From NCBI GenBank assembly GCA_002633005.1, contig NMRA01000692.1:73933-137932 (forward strand): a stretch of DNA of 64,000 bases, in the 5' to 3' direction. Shown piece by piece: positions 1 through 13,500 of the stretch. Numbering within the stretch: the stretch's first letter is position 1; every line of letters starts with the position of its first letter. The stretch is from Phoronis australis (Eukaryota; Animalia; Phoronida). The notes below the pieces were generated by a model that saw only the letters and a list, made by a program, of their open reading frames with translations, searched no databases and was not told the DNA's origin. The translations under genes and the position numbers were made by a program.

Positions 1-795
1 TGCGGAAGTGACGTTTTAGGAGGCAAGCNNNNNNNNNNNNNNNNNNNNNNNNNNNNNNNNNNNNNNNNNNNNNNNNNNNNNNNNNNNNNNNNNNNNNNNN
101 NNNNNNNNNNNNNNNNNNNNNNNNNNNNNNNNNNNNNNNNNNNNNNNNNNNNNNNNNNNNNNNNNNNNNNNNNNNNNNNNNNNNNNNNNNNNNNNNNNNN
201 NNNNNNNNNNNNNNNNNNNNNNNNNNNNNNNNNNNNNNNNNNNNNNNNNNNNNNNNNNNNNNNNNNNNNNNNNNNNNNNNNNNNNNNNNNNNNNNNNNNN
301 NNNNNNNNNNNNNNNNNNNNNNNNNNNNNNNNNNNNNNNNNNNNNNNNNNNNNNNNNNNNNNNNNNNNNNNNNNNNNNNNNNNNNNNNNNNNNNNNNNNN
401 NNNNNNNNNNNNNNNNNNNNNNNNNNNNNNNNNNNNNNNNNNNNNNNNNNNNNNNNNNNNNNNNNNNNNNNNNNNNNNNNNNNNNNNNNNNNNNNNNNNN
501 NNNNNNNGGTACGCAGCAACAGTGTGGCATGTTGACTGACTAGTAAATGAAAGCAAACGACGACGGAACTTAACACAACCGAGGTAGAACAATGACTGAC
601 TCGGCAGCTCTCACAGTCAGACTATATGAAAAGAAATTGGCGCGAAATGCTTGCCTCCTAAAACGTCACTTCCGCAGTAGCGGACGAGTAATTAATAAAA
701 TTACGAAAACCTGTAATTAAGTGGAAAATATGTCCAGGATAACCAACCAACCTTATTTTAGCTCAAAATGACATGGAAAAAGGTTGCCTTCGCCT
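1..795. mobile_element. Kolobok-derived fold-back/MITE-like element in an arginase intron (centre in gap)
   Basis: 508-795 closely matches 34675-34961 and ends GGTTGCCTTCGCCT|TTAA (TTAA 796-799). Bases 1-28 are the exact reverse complement of about 649-676, so the same arm occurs inverted on both sides of the gap. Confidence 0.7.
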
Positions 796-860
796 TTAAA
801 TTCAAAGCGCGACATGGTTCAAGCTGGTCCCAAGGGACATAAAATCACACTTACTTCTAG

Positions 861-3800
861 GTTTCAAAAAAAGTATACGAAGCAAGTTCCTCGGGACAAA
901 TGCCCCTCATTCTTGGAGGTGACCACTCCCTCGCCATTGGCAGTATTCGCGGACATTTGAAAGCGAAACCAGACGCATGCGTTGTATGGGTTGATGCGCA
1001 CGCCGATGTCAATACACCTCTTACGTCATCCAGCGGGAACATTCATGGGATGCCCTTGTCTTTCCTGCTTCATGAATTGAAAGACTTCGTTCCAAGACTT
1101 CCTGGATTTGAATGGCTGGACACAGTGTAAGTAGAAATACTGATATCTGATTAACCGTGTTCCTCGCCACGTTGAGGACACAGTGTGAGTAGAGATTCTA
1201 TTGTCTCCGGAGACAGTGAACACCTCTTCGACCGGCCTTCGAGACGGCGAAGCTCCTGTAATCGCTTCATACGCCGAAGGCTTTTCGGGGGAATTATGCC
1301 TCACAGTAATTAAAACATCAAGGTCATGTTGTTACAAGTACCTGCTGAGCATAGACGATACCATAGGAGACCGTCGATGTCACTAATTCATTCCAACTCA
1401 CACAAATACTCCCGTAATCAAACTTTTTCTTCGAGCAGTCCTTCCTTCAGGTGCCCAAATCGGCAACTGGCCAATTTAACACTGCACGTGCCAGGAGATA
1501 TGATTCCGTGCATGTGCATAGAGCAACATGTGGGGGACAGTGATTCCGTGTTCATTAGCAACATATAGGGGACAATGATTCCGTGTTCATTTGCAACATG
1601 TATAGGGGAACCTGGGGACAGTGATTCTGAGTGAGGTACCCATAATAGATCTCGTCTCAGTATGTACATTGACATTTTTCTTTGCCCCACGTTTTAAAAC
1701 ATACCAAAATATCACGGCGGATGAAATTTTACTTCAAACTTGTCTCCACTGATTTGCATGACATCTCTTTTCAGTTTAAGCACCAACAGCTTGGCTTACA
1801 TTGGTCTTCGGGATGTGGACCCAGGCGAGGCCTACATTATGGAAAAGTTTGAGATTCCTAATTTCTCAATGCACGAAGTGGACAAATTCGGGATCCATTA
1901 TTGCGTCAGAAGATCTCTGGAGCTAATAAATCCAAGGTACATGTGCAGAAGTGATTCTTTCTCCCTGTATTCAGTGATCACATATTGTCCGATCGGATGT
2001 CTGTTCCGACGTCTGAAAAATCACGTGTGAACTTTCGTCGTACGTCTAACCGGTTTTCTTATCGTCTGCCCCCAAATCAGACGACAGATCTGCCTTCTGA
2101 CCATGAGAATCCTAGATTGTTAATGACGTTATCTGTGTTTAGGCTCTGTTCGCACTCGGTGATCACACGCGATTGGTCTAATAATTAATGCTATGTTCAT
2201 TATTGGCAATTAAAGATCCCAGGCAGGACACCTTTGTGAAAGCTCATTTTACTTTCATTGTCGTCGAGCAATTTATGTGTAGTTCTAAATCGTATTTCAA
2301 TTTCCATCATCTCAACTGGCAAAACTGTGACATTTCCTACACAGACTGAGAAACGGGTGCCACGTAACCAAATTGCATGTAAACCTTCTTTCCTCGTTTT
2401 CACTGGTTTAGAATGCAATGGGTTTCATGGCATAGTTGAGCTCTTGCTCTGAAATGTCAACTTCGATCTCGCGCTGGTGTGCGGTTGCGCCACCCATGCA
2501 TGGAGTTTGTTTGCTTTCGTTTGTTCCTGGTGTTGGTTCTTGCTATGCAATTAAGTACCATTAAAACTTTTCGAAACTCCTTCGTTTTCCAACTGAATTA
2601 CATAAGAGTCGTTTGATTAGAAAGCGCTTTATCAGTTGTTGATGATGTACGATTATACGAGAAGCAAAAGATAAATATTTATAATTAGCATTTCCGATAT
2701 TTGAAAAAATCAAACAATAATTTTGAATTCTAAAAACATATAGAAGTTTAGAAAAACTTAAAAACATAGGAGCAAAGTCCGATACATCGCTTTCTCGTTA
2801 CATCCGGGTTCTCATTCACTCCCTTGCACACATTCACAAGTAAGAACGAGCTTAGAGGAATAGGAGACACCTTTGTGCCGGATGCTCGAATGTCAGCCAG
2901 TGAAGCCAGGATTTGAAGCCAGGTCTCCCAAGTAAGAGTCCGGAGCTCTAACCACGGAGCCACACTGTCACCTCAATAACTAAACTTAAGTCTTCAGAAA
3001 GTAATAATTATCCTGATACATGTAGTGTGTGTTACCGCAAAGAGGCATTGGAAAATATTTTACGATTGTTGCGTTGCTAAAGAAAATGAACTCCGGAAAA
3101 TAATAATATTCATAACAAATAGACAAATGAATGTTATTTTGAGCACCTGTTTCTACGCAATTACCGGTAATTTTTCAAAAGTTACAGGAATAAACCTGTT
3201 GGTCGGGTCCAAACTTTACATTTATAATTGCAGAACCGTATATCAAATGCCACTTTGATTTTAACATCCAAAAATGTCTTGTTGAAAAACATGTGGCTTG
3301 ATAGGTTGTCAAAAGTAGTTCTATAAGGCTGGAGCTGAAACGATTATCTTGTAGCACAAGAGATCAGACTGTTCCCGGCATCCTGCAAGGGTCAAAGGTC
3401 GCTGCCTGAACGACCAGTGTAATTGTTGGGTTTGTTGCCCTTTGCGATAAATCGCTGGTTCTCAGGAGCCGTATCTCAAGAGTCTCGCTTGATGAACAAA
3501 AGTGACAAAATGAAAATGAAGCAGTGAAATTAGGCTTTATTTGCAGCAGTCGATAAAATCTCAGTCGAGCAGACAGTGGAAACTCGCGCCAACTAGCCTC
3601 GGGGTCGCAAGCTATCATAACAGAATACAGAGGTCACGCCCCGGAGTTGGTATTTTAGGGCTAGAGTATTATGATACATCTAACTGAGAATTTTGACGAA
3701 CTGAAGCCTGGTATATATGTCCATTGTTCGCCACCTATACTAATAACGCTCATACCCGGTGTTCAACTATTTGTTGGTGTATACCAGCATCAGAAAATCA

Positions 3801-6100
3801 GGTTTTAAAATCTAATGTCAATTTTAAAAGTTTATTACACCGAGCAAATGCAAATGATGGATGCTGAAAAAGCGTGAACTATTTTCCTATGTAGGATGGA
3901 TCGACCAATTCACCTAAGTTTCGACATTGACGCTTTGTCACCTTCTGAAGCACCCTGTACTGGCACGACATCTGTCGGAGGCCTCACTCTAAGGGAGGGT
4001 ATAGTGATTTGTGAGGAACTGGCATCAACAGGTACACTTGAATAAAACTTGTTATTTATTTATTAAACTATTGAGGACCATGCTATATATTAGCACATGC
4101 TAAGCATGTTTTGTATATTTATAATTTATCCTCATTAAATATAACAATAACAACTTGGTCTACGTTCACAGAGTATGGTAAGCATCTTGCGAGTTTGGCG
4201 TGATTACAGAGGATTAACGCCACTCTTATTTAAAACCAAAGAGTTGCAACAAAGGACAAATTACGCAGAAGTCCTGTTGATTTTTTACCTTAAACTTACC
4301 TATTAGGCTTCACCATCCCGTAATTCGAATCCATCTCTATTCCTATGTTTGCTACCCACGACAGCTTCCGATATCTATGGCTGAATCAGTTGCTCTCCAA
4401 TGTGTTTTATTAGGAAGCCTCTATTTGTTCGTTCTTCAGTACCAGCAGCAAGTTTACTCGGTACTTTAAGTTTGTGTTCGCACATTGGACAACATAAGCG
4501 CGTACACGATTGAGGCAGATGTGCTTTGTAGCTAGATGTATAATTGCTCCAGTGATTCGCATATAGGTAGGTGGTCACTGGATGTGCGCAGTTTTGACTT
4601 ATAGGCGAAGACGGCTATCTCTTCCATTTGCCCATGTCTCAAATTGTATTTTACGTATCCTAGTTGTTAGTTATTAAAATTATTAACACGCCAGTGTCCG
4701 TAAGGGATAAGTCAAGCTTCACTCACGTGCCCTTTTCCCCTTGATTTACCAGACACAATCTTGTCTCTGGTTTTGCATGTATAGCGCATGCCTTGTGCTC
4801 TCAAATTTGAATACCAGCGTACCTTCAAGCCAGGCGCACTTGGTCTTAATACAGATATAAATGGTAGTGCTGCTTGCAATATTCTCTCGTTACGTTATCG
4901 TTTCAAATAATTGGCGTAGAGTGACTTCTCGGTCCATGACCGTTATTTAAAATTCATTAAGGAACTCAGCGGCGACACTTAAAATCGCACTCGACATCCT
5001 GTGAAAGCAGCACATTTACCTTGTGGTAAAAAATGAAAAAGAAAAGTTAAATCGCGTGAACAAGCGAATTCTGCTGCCCTAACTACCATCTCATTCCAAC
5101 TCATCTTCGTTTCAATGATAATATAAAAGCATACTAAACTACAAAGTAAAATTCATTAACAACTACTCGATCACTCACATCGTTGAAACCTAGGACCAAT
5201 ATCTTATATATTACTCCCAGGTTGAAACATTACAACGCTCCGTCACTCTCGTCTACCCTGTAAACTTGAGAACAAGCTCTTTGCAAAGCCTGTTAAATCG
5301 GCAAGCGTGACCGAAAGGGTTTGCAGGCGCTAATGCGACTAGTGACTGTGATACTGGCGACCGAAAACAAACATGGGATGCACTTTTTTGTGACACAATG
5401 AGGTTTACCTAAAATAATATGTATTAGTATCTCAGAGGAGAAAGAAGTTGTGCGACAGAGAGTGTTGCTTCCAGGTTTTCACGAACTCTCCAAAACAGCT
5501 AGATTTATTATGATTTTAATCCTTCTAACTAGTCTTTCCTTAGGTTTTCGAAATTTTTAGATTGCGGTAATTTGTTTTTGTGTGTACATCTGCACAAATT
5601 TAAACTGCTTACACTATCTGTGTGTAGTGCTACATATCTTTATCTTTTTTATTCTTTATATTTAATTGGGTTGATTAATCTTTAGTTTTTGTTTTAGCTA
5701 ATTTAAGTCACTGTTGTTTTGTAAAGTATCACTTATAGCTTTTAGTTGAGTAAACTGTTTAAATACAATAATAATGATGGTGATGACGGTGGTGGTGATG
5801 ATGAAGAGGATGACGATAATGATGATTATGATGATGTGGTGGTGATGATGAGTGTTGTGATGGTAATGACGATAATTATAATGGCTAGTCTTTACACCCA
5901 TGTGTGCACCTTTTACAGGAATGCTTTCGGCTGTGGACTTGGTGGAAGTGAACACAGTTTTGGGCAATTCGCAGGAGGACCGCGATCAAACTCTGAATGC
6001 AGCATTACAACTCATCCAGGCTTGTTTTGGAAGCCATCGAGCCGGAAATTATGACGAGTCCTATGTTTTGCCACAAGCCTCTTGCCCACACATTGTGTAG
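861..6100 (+). CDS. ARG: Arginase (ureohydrolase family), last four coding exons; 5' exons lie upstream or in the gap
   Basis: Exons 861-1126, 1775-1936, 3895-4031 and 5919-6100, all AG/GT-bounded and phase-compatible. Translation contains [56 protein letters not shown] and DLVEVN, i.e. the binuclear Mn ligands and catalytic residues of arginases. Confidence 0.95.
1500..1630. repeat. Degenerate minisatellite, about 35-40-bp unit, 3-4 copies
   Basis: Repeated tgattccgtg...gcaacat...ggggaca. Confidence 0.7.
2765..2972 (-). mobile_element. tRNA-derived SINE-like element
   Basis: Minus strand reads gtggctccgtggttagagctccggactcttacttgggagacctggcttcaaatcctggc: A-box-like and B-box-like motifs at tRNA spacing, followed by a non-tRNA body. 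Confidence 0.5.
5765..5882. repeat. Degenerate (GAT/GGT/AAT)n microsatellite upstream of the last arginase exon
   Basis: Visible trinucleotide run. Confidence 0.85.
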
Positions 6101-7542
6101 GACTGAGAATTGAGTAAAATTCAAAAAATAGAGAATCCTACCTCCTCCAGGTTTATGACATGGGCAAAACCTTTTGGAAATTTTGTCGATATCCCGAGAC
6201 TTTGTTTTCTCACATGAACCGAAAAAATGATTTTTTGCCGAAAAACTCGAAATTATGCGATGTGATTGGTTAATTTTCAAGATTTAATTTGGAAATGAAT
6301 TGCGAGGGTCAGGTTAGTGCCTATAGTTCAGAGGGCGTTTGGAACAGTAGCTGGAATATTACACCCAACTTTTTCTGCCACTGGCAACCGCCCAGACATA
6401 CAAACCAGGGAAAAGAGAAACATATTTCCAAAATAATGGTCACATTTGTTGTATTTCAACCTTTGGTAAAATTAACAGCAATAAAACAGATCGCCATGTT
6501 AATTTCCCTGCTAACATAACTCCTGCTAACAAAGCCATTTAAGTTTCATACAATGTAACTCAATGCCAAACCAACACACCACACAAAATCACTCGCAAAA
6601 CATGTTGTATCTAGAAATTATTTAGAAAGCATTTCCACCTGAAATCTTATAAATTATATCCGACATTGGCCATTGTTCAAATCAGTTACAAGTAACATTA
6701 ACTGAGTTTACATTGTTACATAACAAATTAAGTTGTCCAATTTGTACAAAAACAAATGCCAAAATTGGTCATTTCCATCACAAGACTGAAAACTCTGCTA
6801 AAAAAATCATTGATGATGAGCAAACAGAATACACCATGCTATCAATGAGGGAAAAATTTCTACTCGTTTGTTGGAAAATGTTGACAAACAATTCATTCTT
6901 TCACATTTATAACAAGTTCAAGTTACAGACAAAATAGTTTGCTCTCCATGAAAGTGTGACAAAACCAACTGAAAACTAACTAGTACATTGTGTTCTGATC
7001 ACACTGTACATTCAAAATATAGGTGGCAACTGACAGAACTGTAACAGCTATTGGTAAGAGAAATCAATATTTTACAAACTCGTGTAAACAAAACCATAAA
7101 GTGTTAACCAAATAAGCGAACAATCCCTGAATGGTGTATTTACCGGTATAATTAGATTTACAGGCGAAAGACATCAAGTGTTCTTACCCTTCTATTACCG
7201 AACAAAATATCAGAATTCATCTCTTTTAACTGAATAAAAAAGATTGCAAAACAATAACTTTCAAATCACTAAAATCATTCACAGACTAAAATTCAACAAA
7301 TATCATTTACAATAATTTAATTCAATTTCTGAAACTAAAAATTGCATTACACCAAAAATGAACATTTTACTGTACCAGGTGTCAGTGTCGCGTGGTGGAC
7401 ACAAAGCAACTCCAAAAATGTTGAAACACATTTCACTTTTAAGTGACCACAGGTATTTATAAATAAATTAGGTGTCGGGTTCCATTCGACACCAATGTCT
7501 GTTGCTGGGACATCAATCAAACTAAGACTTGCAGCAGACTCT

Positions 7543-10500
7543 TCACTCGTGAAGTGTTGCGTTACGCTTGTCGCGGGCTTTGCTGCGACACTTTGTTCTT
7601 GCTTTGAACGCAGCGGCATAAACATGCTGAAAGAAATAATATTCTAAAACCTCTCTTCCCCTTAGGCCAGCCATAAACCTCTCTTCCCCTTGGGCCAGCT
7701 GTAGCCATGACATTAGTAAAACTAAGACCCACCGTGCAGTTCATAAACTGATGGTGTTACACTCTAAAGTGCTTTTCAGGAATTACAATCTGGATAAGTT
7801 GGAGTCCGGCGTGTCATCATACACGATCATTATCTCAGTACGTAACATGATGAGACTGATTTCACACTGGTAAGCAGAATATGACAAAAATAGTTTATTT
7901 GACTAAGGTATTTATTGCACCTTCCAATGTTTAGTAGAAAAGTGAATATTGGTTGATGCCAGAATAAACTATGAAAACATGTTTTAAAGGAGAAAGCAAC
8001 CATTCTTTGATGTCACAGTTACCTTTACGTGTTCATGTCACAGTTACCTCTACATGTTGATGTAACAGTTACATTTACTAAAATTACACAGTTCCTGGTC
8101 ATCTCGGAAAGACATTTTTTTGCTATTGACTGTCCCGGGGTAACCACAGTTCCGCTGACATTTAGTGACAATCCACACAACAATAGAAAGCGATATAAAC
8201 AGCCCAATAAAAAGTCCGCATCTTGGTTAGCAAACACAAATATTCGACACAGAGCGCATTCAATAGCAAGTCGGATATAATGTGTTTGCTTAAAGACAGT
8301 GAATGCAGAACAAAGAGGGGGCCGTTTGCATAACTTTAATTGTTCTACGGACAGTAAACAAATGCCATGGAAATAGAAATAAACAAACGCCATGGAAATA
8401 GTAATAAACACGAAAACTGTATTTTAAGATAACCCAGTATATGGGTTTTTACCGAGAGTCACCAAAAACTGTTACCTTCACCTTAAAAATCAATTTGAGC
8501 TTAATTACAACCTGCACTTATTTGCACAAACAATAACAATTCACACCTGTCGAAGTGTACTGAGAAAAGACGTGTAAAAACCCAGAGAGGAGGGGTAAAA
8601 CACCAGAGAGAACCTCAATGTCATTCTGAAGATCATAGCCAAGTTACTTACCCTGTTGTGTTTGCCACTGCTTGTGTTTGTGGAAGGCTCCAAGATGGGG
8701 GGACCTAGCTGAAAGATCTCTCTCAGTAACATGTTCCTCTGAAAATAAAACGCAGAAAAATAGATGAAAACGCAGCAACAGTCTCAAGTAACTAACCACC
8801 AACTCCATCTACAGTCAATTTCAATTAGTCCGATGACTACTGATCATACTCCGATATGATCCAAGTCTAAATTCTGTCTCTAGCAGCCATGATTTGTGAA
8901 TTGTGTTTTGACTCGGAAATCATTTCTAGTCAAAACCAGGCTTATAGATGTAAGTGATCTCAATCCAAAAGTTAATGTTAGTTAGTCAGTAAAAAATAGC
9001 TAAGACAGGTGAATATATTTGAAGACATGTGCATACTGAGACTTTCTGAAGTATTTTGTTATTCGTCAACTTCTCAACAAACAAGAAAATTAGTCTTCTT
9101 TACATTGTACTGCTTGCTGACTAACACACTTTATTGATAACAAACTGTAAATCCCTAAATGGTAAATTCCATATTCGTAATTTAGATTTCTCTAGGTGGC
9201 ACCACTTACCTCCAGATGTGTGTTCATTCCTGAGCCAAGAATGGTGCTCAGACTGTCATATTGCTTACGCTGTGTCCAGCTATAGATCTCCAGAGTCTCG
9301 GTGCCAAATTTACGACTTAGTTCGGGGAGTTGTCCCTCCTAAGGAATAAAACTGAGAATGAGTAACCCAGTTTCCTATTTGTTCACTATGACGAAAGTCA
9401 CGTTATCATGCATTTGTGAGTGCATGGACAGACAGCTGTCACTAAATCTGTTGCTTACGAAAAAAACCTCAAATAACCTCGCTCAGTTTAATTGAAGACA
9501 GTTTAGTCATAATCATTACGACTACAAAGTAAAGATATTTCATCAACTTGACTAAACATTTTGTTAAAGCACTTGTAGATGAAACTTAAGAACCAGTGTT
9601 AAACTTGTTACTGGGAGTTAAGTACTAGTCCACGAGAGCACCAGCCACGAGCGGCAAGGTGGGGGTCAGCCGATTTTCACCAAATTTGGCACATAGATAG
9701 TCCTATGGGATCTATAAACAGCGGTAAAATATTTCCTCAAATTTTTCAACAAGTTAGTTCCTCCTGAATGTTTTGAACATTTTACTGCTGATCACTTAGG
9801 GCTATAGTACCCCTAAATACCATACATGGCTCCATTTTGTAAAAAGCCGATTATGTCCTCCACATTGAACAGGGTTAGACATGAACTCGACAAATGTAGG
9901 TTATTTTGATTTACAGTTGTTTTACTTAGCAATTTCCTCATGGGTATTTCTTCACACATATTCAAGTCAGATTTTCTGTTGATCTAATGTTCATGCAATG
10001 CATTGTAGTATCAAATAAAGGATAAGTTTGGTGGCATGACCGCAATTTTTCCCACGACTTAAAACAAAAGACCGCAGAAATTGTCCTGACGAAATACCGG
10101 GTTTGCAGTTCTCTATCGAATGACAAGACAAACTCCACCACTGTCCATGGCAACTCGTCGCATGTTTTTCGCCCTTCGGTCCTATCATTGTTTTCCTTTG
10201 TTGTGTCATTGTTGGATGTAACAACACAGGTCCCATGGATATAGAACCTTGCGTACACCAGACCGTTGCCGATAAGTGCTCGTCATTATATCTTTATTAT
10301 AACAACGGAAACAATGAAGATGCTAATCTATCGTTCTCTATGCGACCAGGTTTCCCGTGGATGACCACAGAAGAGGAATCCCAAAGTATCCACAAACAAT
10401 GACCACGCACCTTAGTAACTATTACCGCACACACGAATCCTTTACGTGGAACCTAAACACCAAATTTTTATATCGGTGTATTGTGTTGTATTGCTCATGG

Positions 10501-13500
10501 TACGGGTTCAGACTCTGTTGTATTAAGATTCCAATCCCCAACCCTGTAATATGTAGTTTGAGTAAAATTTCTAGCAATGCAGGTTTATGGATTTATTCTC
10601 CTTCAAATGAAGAGTAAAAATCAAATTCTGCACAGGTTTTTTAAAAGTAATCACTTATTGGAGGATCACACATCTAAAAGATAAAACAATGTTTGACAAT
10701 TTTATTTATTATCTTATTTGAAAATTGCCTACCTCACAGACAACTCATCTAAGTTGAAAATATTCCTTGTGAAAAAATATAAAATACCAACCAGAGACTT
10801 GTGTACTACAAAATATGTTTTCGTAATACAATGCAAAGATAAATGTACAGTCAAAAGTGCAAATGTTACGACTCTAATAAAAAATTGCCTTCTAGATCTT
10901 TTCAACACTCTAATTGCTAATGGACAGAGTCAACCACACAAAGCTCATAAAGTCTAGGAATTACATTTAAGGTGATGTAGTCTCACTGCGAAAAAGTGAT
11001 TTCGCAATATCGCTGACACTGGAAATCTCTTCTTCACAAACTTGAGGTAGCTGTTTTTACCACATCAATGTTCTTATCAAAACTAACCACCACAAAATGA
11101 AAAATTGGCTTATCGGTTCCAATTAAGCAGCATTTTACAATGAAATGGTCATGAAAAAATACTTTTGCAACATGGTTTGCATTACAATTGCCCTACGATC
11201 ACAGTTGTACATACATACTAGACCAGTAACAAAATTACCCATGGGAACCATAAAAAAAAACAAGGAGCCACCACAGCTGCGCCAATACTTTTCAGTACTG
11301 CAACAAAAAATCATTTGAAGTGGACATTAACTCGCCTAAAATCACATAAAACAACTTTTGATTTAGACATTTTACCATCACGAAATAGGTATTACTTCCA
11401 GGTCACTTTTGAGCAATTTCAGAACTTTGAAAGATCTGGCAATATGCAATTGCTAGAGACCAGACTAATAGTGTGCGATTTTATACACACAGCATGGTCT
11501 CAAGGAATAGCAAACTGTCAATTCGCTACAATTCCAGAAATCACTTCCCATCTGGATAAGGAACAAACTGAGCAAAGTTTATAGAGGTAAATGGTCTAAA
11601 TCAAAACTTATTACCTCCGAGACAGAATATGGGCTTACAACCCAGGCAGAAAGATAAGTTAACAAAACCAGCCTAACTGCAACAGGGTCTCAAATTTTAG
11701 TAATATATGCCCATTTACAAACAAAAATCTATAATGGTAAATAAAATGCGGAAACATAAATTCAGATCAATTACGCATCTTCAAGGAAAAGGAATAGTAC
11801 AGTGGTCAGAAATCATCTAAATGTGATGGCGACACTGAGAAATCCTGTCAGACCAAAAAATCCAGTGGCTAAACAAAATGAACAATGTACCATTACCATG
11901 TGGCCCAGGATCATAATCCGTGCCTGGATAAAAATTCAGTCTTAAACTAGGTAAATTTTAGATTTGTGCTGTTCACACAAGCAGTTCTGGTGCAAACAAA
12001 GCTTGCGACAACACACAAGCCTACTTCCCTACACAGCTGTGCTGACACAATAATGCCCCCACTGGATTTAGCAGATCAGCCACAGTATTTACAGGTCCAG
12101 CCACTGTACTGTTTCCTACGTGTACCTTTGAATTTTTACAATGCTACATCCTTGACAATCGCAGATTGCCTCTTTCGATGCATACTCCACTTCCTCTGTC
12201 CCAGTTTCCCTACATTTGCTGAAAGTGGCCTATCTCAACAAATTACTTTGGACCTGTTGTGGTATAAGCCAGTAATCTTTTGCAAATACTTTTTCCCCAA
12301 CTTGTTCCTCAAGCTACAAATTCTCTTTGACATATCTTCTGGGAGTAGACTTTTCGGCCTCTCTCTAGCCCCCTCACTTTGTTGTCCAGAAGGGTACCTT
12401 CTTGCTGGTTGTGAACTTTTCCATACCCAACCTTTACTAATAATCGGCGAGTCTCCAACTTCAGCAGAAGCCACTTCTTCAGCATATGCCTTTCCTGATT
12501 CCTAAAATTGTATTAATGAAAAATTAAACATATTAAATTTAATGTGGCCATTTCTGCTCACAAAATATGAATACAAAGCTAAAGTGAAGGCACCAATATT
12601 TTTGACAGCTTTAGTATGTTTAATTAACTTCATAATCGCAGAAAAGCATTGGTAGACAAAACATACTCCCTAGTCTCTAAAAGTAGTTCATGGGCAGAAG
12701 TCATGTTACACATTTGGTGGTTGTTATGAAAAGTTATGATGACTACCTATTTTCTATGCCAATGTATACATGTAGTTGCATAAACACATCAACACATTTG
12801 AATAAGATATGATTAAGCAATAAGGCCCAAGTTATAAGCAATCACGGTGTGTCAATAAAAGTATTTTTGCATGAATGACGTGCTTCTAAAAATATTCCTC
12901 AGGGTCAGACCCTAGAGTTTAGTGATTCCTACCTGAGCTCACACGAAGCAGGACGTTGAACCTTGACTTTAAACGTCTTTGGTCATTTTTCAGACCTCTA
13001 TCAAGATTTCTCTTCTAGTGTGCACTGGATGTTCTAAGTGTCTTTGGCGACGCCAATATATCTCGAGTGTTGTAACGATGATTCGGGCAAGTGAACCTAA
13101 TACGGTAGATTATGTAGTTTCTGCTGCACACAGTGCCTTCGAGGCAGACACTGAGACAGACTACTCAGGAGGACACGTTCCACCTCCACATCAGCTCCAC
13201 GTACTCTTATAAGGTGCTCAAATGTCTCGCTCTATACCTTGTGCATTTCCCTAGAGTTCCTAAAGTTGTTTCTCTCCGCAATTTGTAGAAATACCACATT
13301 CGATGCGACTGGCAGTGCCAGATAAATAGATAAATTCGCAAACCCGCACTTTAGGTCAGCCATCATTCAACTAACGCATTGTAAGCTTTAGTTTGGTATT
13401 CAGACGAGTTGGATGAATGGATGAACAAATTTAGTATAATTTCATATTTTAGTGGGAAATGCTAGTGTCCTTAAAATTAATTAAAAACATTTAAGCAAAC

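Noticed and set aside
16-576. Long ORFs here and at 21670-22277
   Set aside because: Made of N-gap codons.
2905-2972. tRNA gene (also a tRNA-like stretch at about 25795-25846)
   Set aside because: No convincing acceptor stem or full cloverleaf; better explained as SINE heads.
5746-6054. Acidic ORF ([12 protein letters not shown]) and the antisense His/Ile-rich ORF
   Set aside because: Produced by the (GAT)n microsatellite; the real exon (5919-6100) is in another frame.
10967-11010. TTAAGGTGATG as the start of a nested TTAA-specific element
   Set aside because: No matching inverted terminus found.
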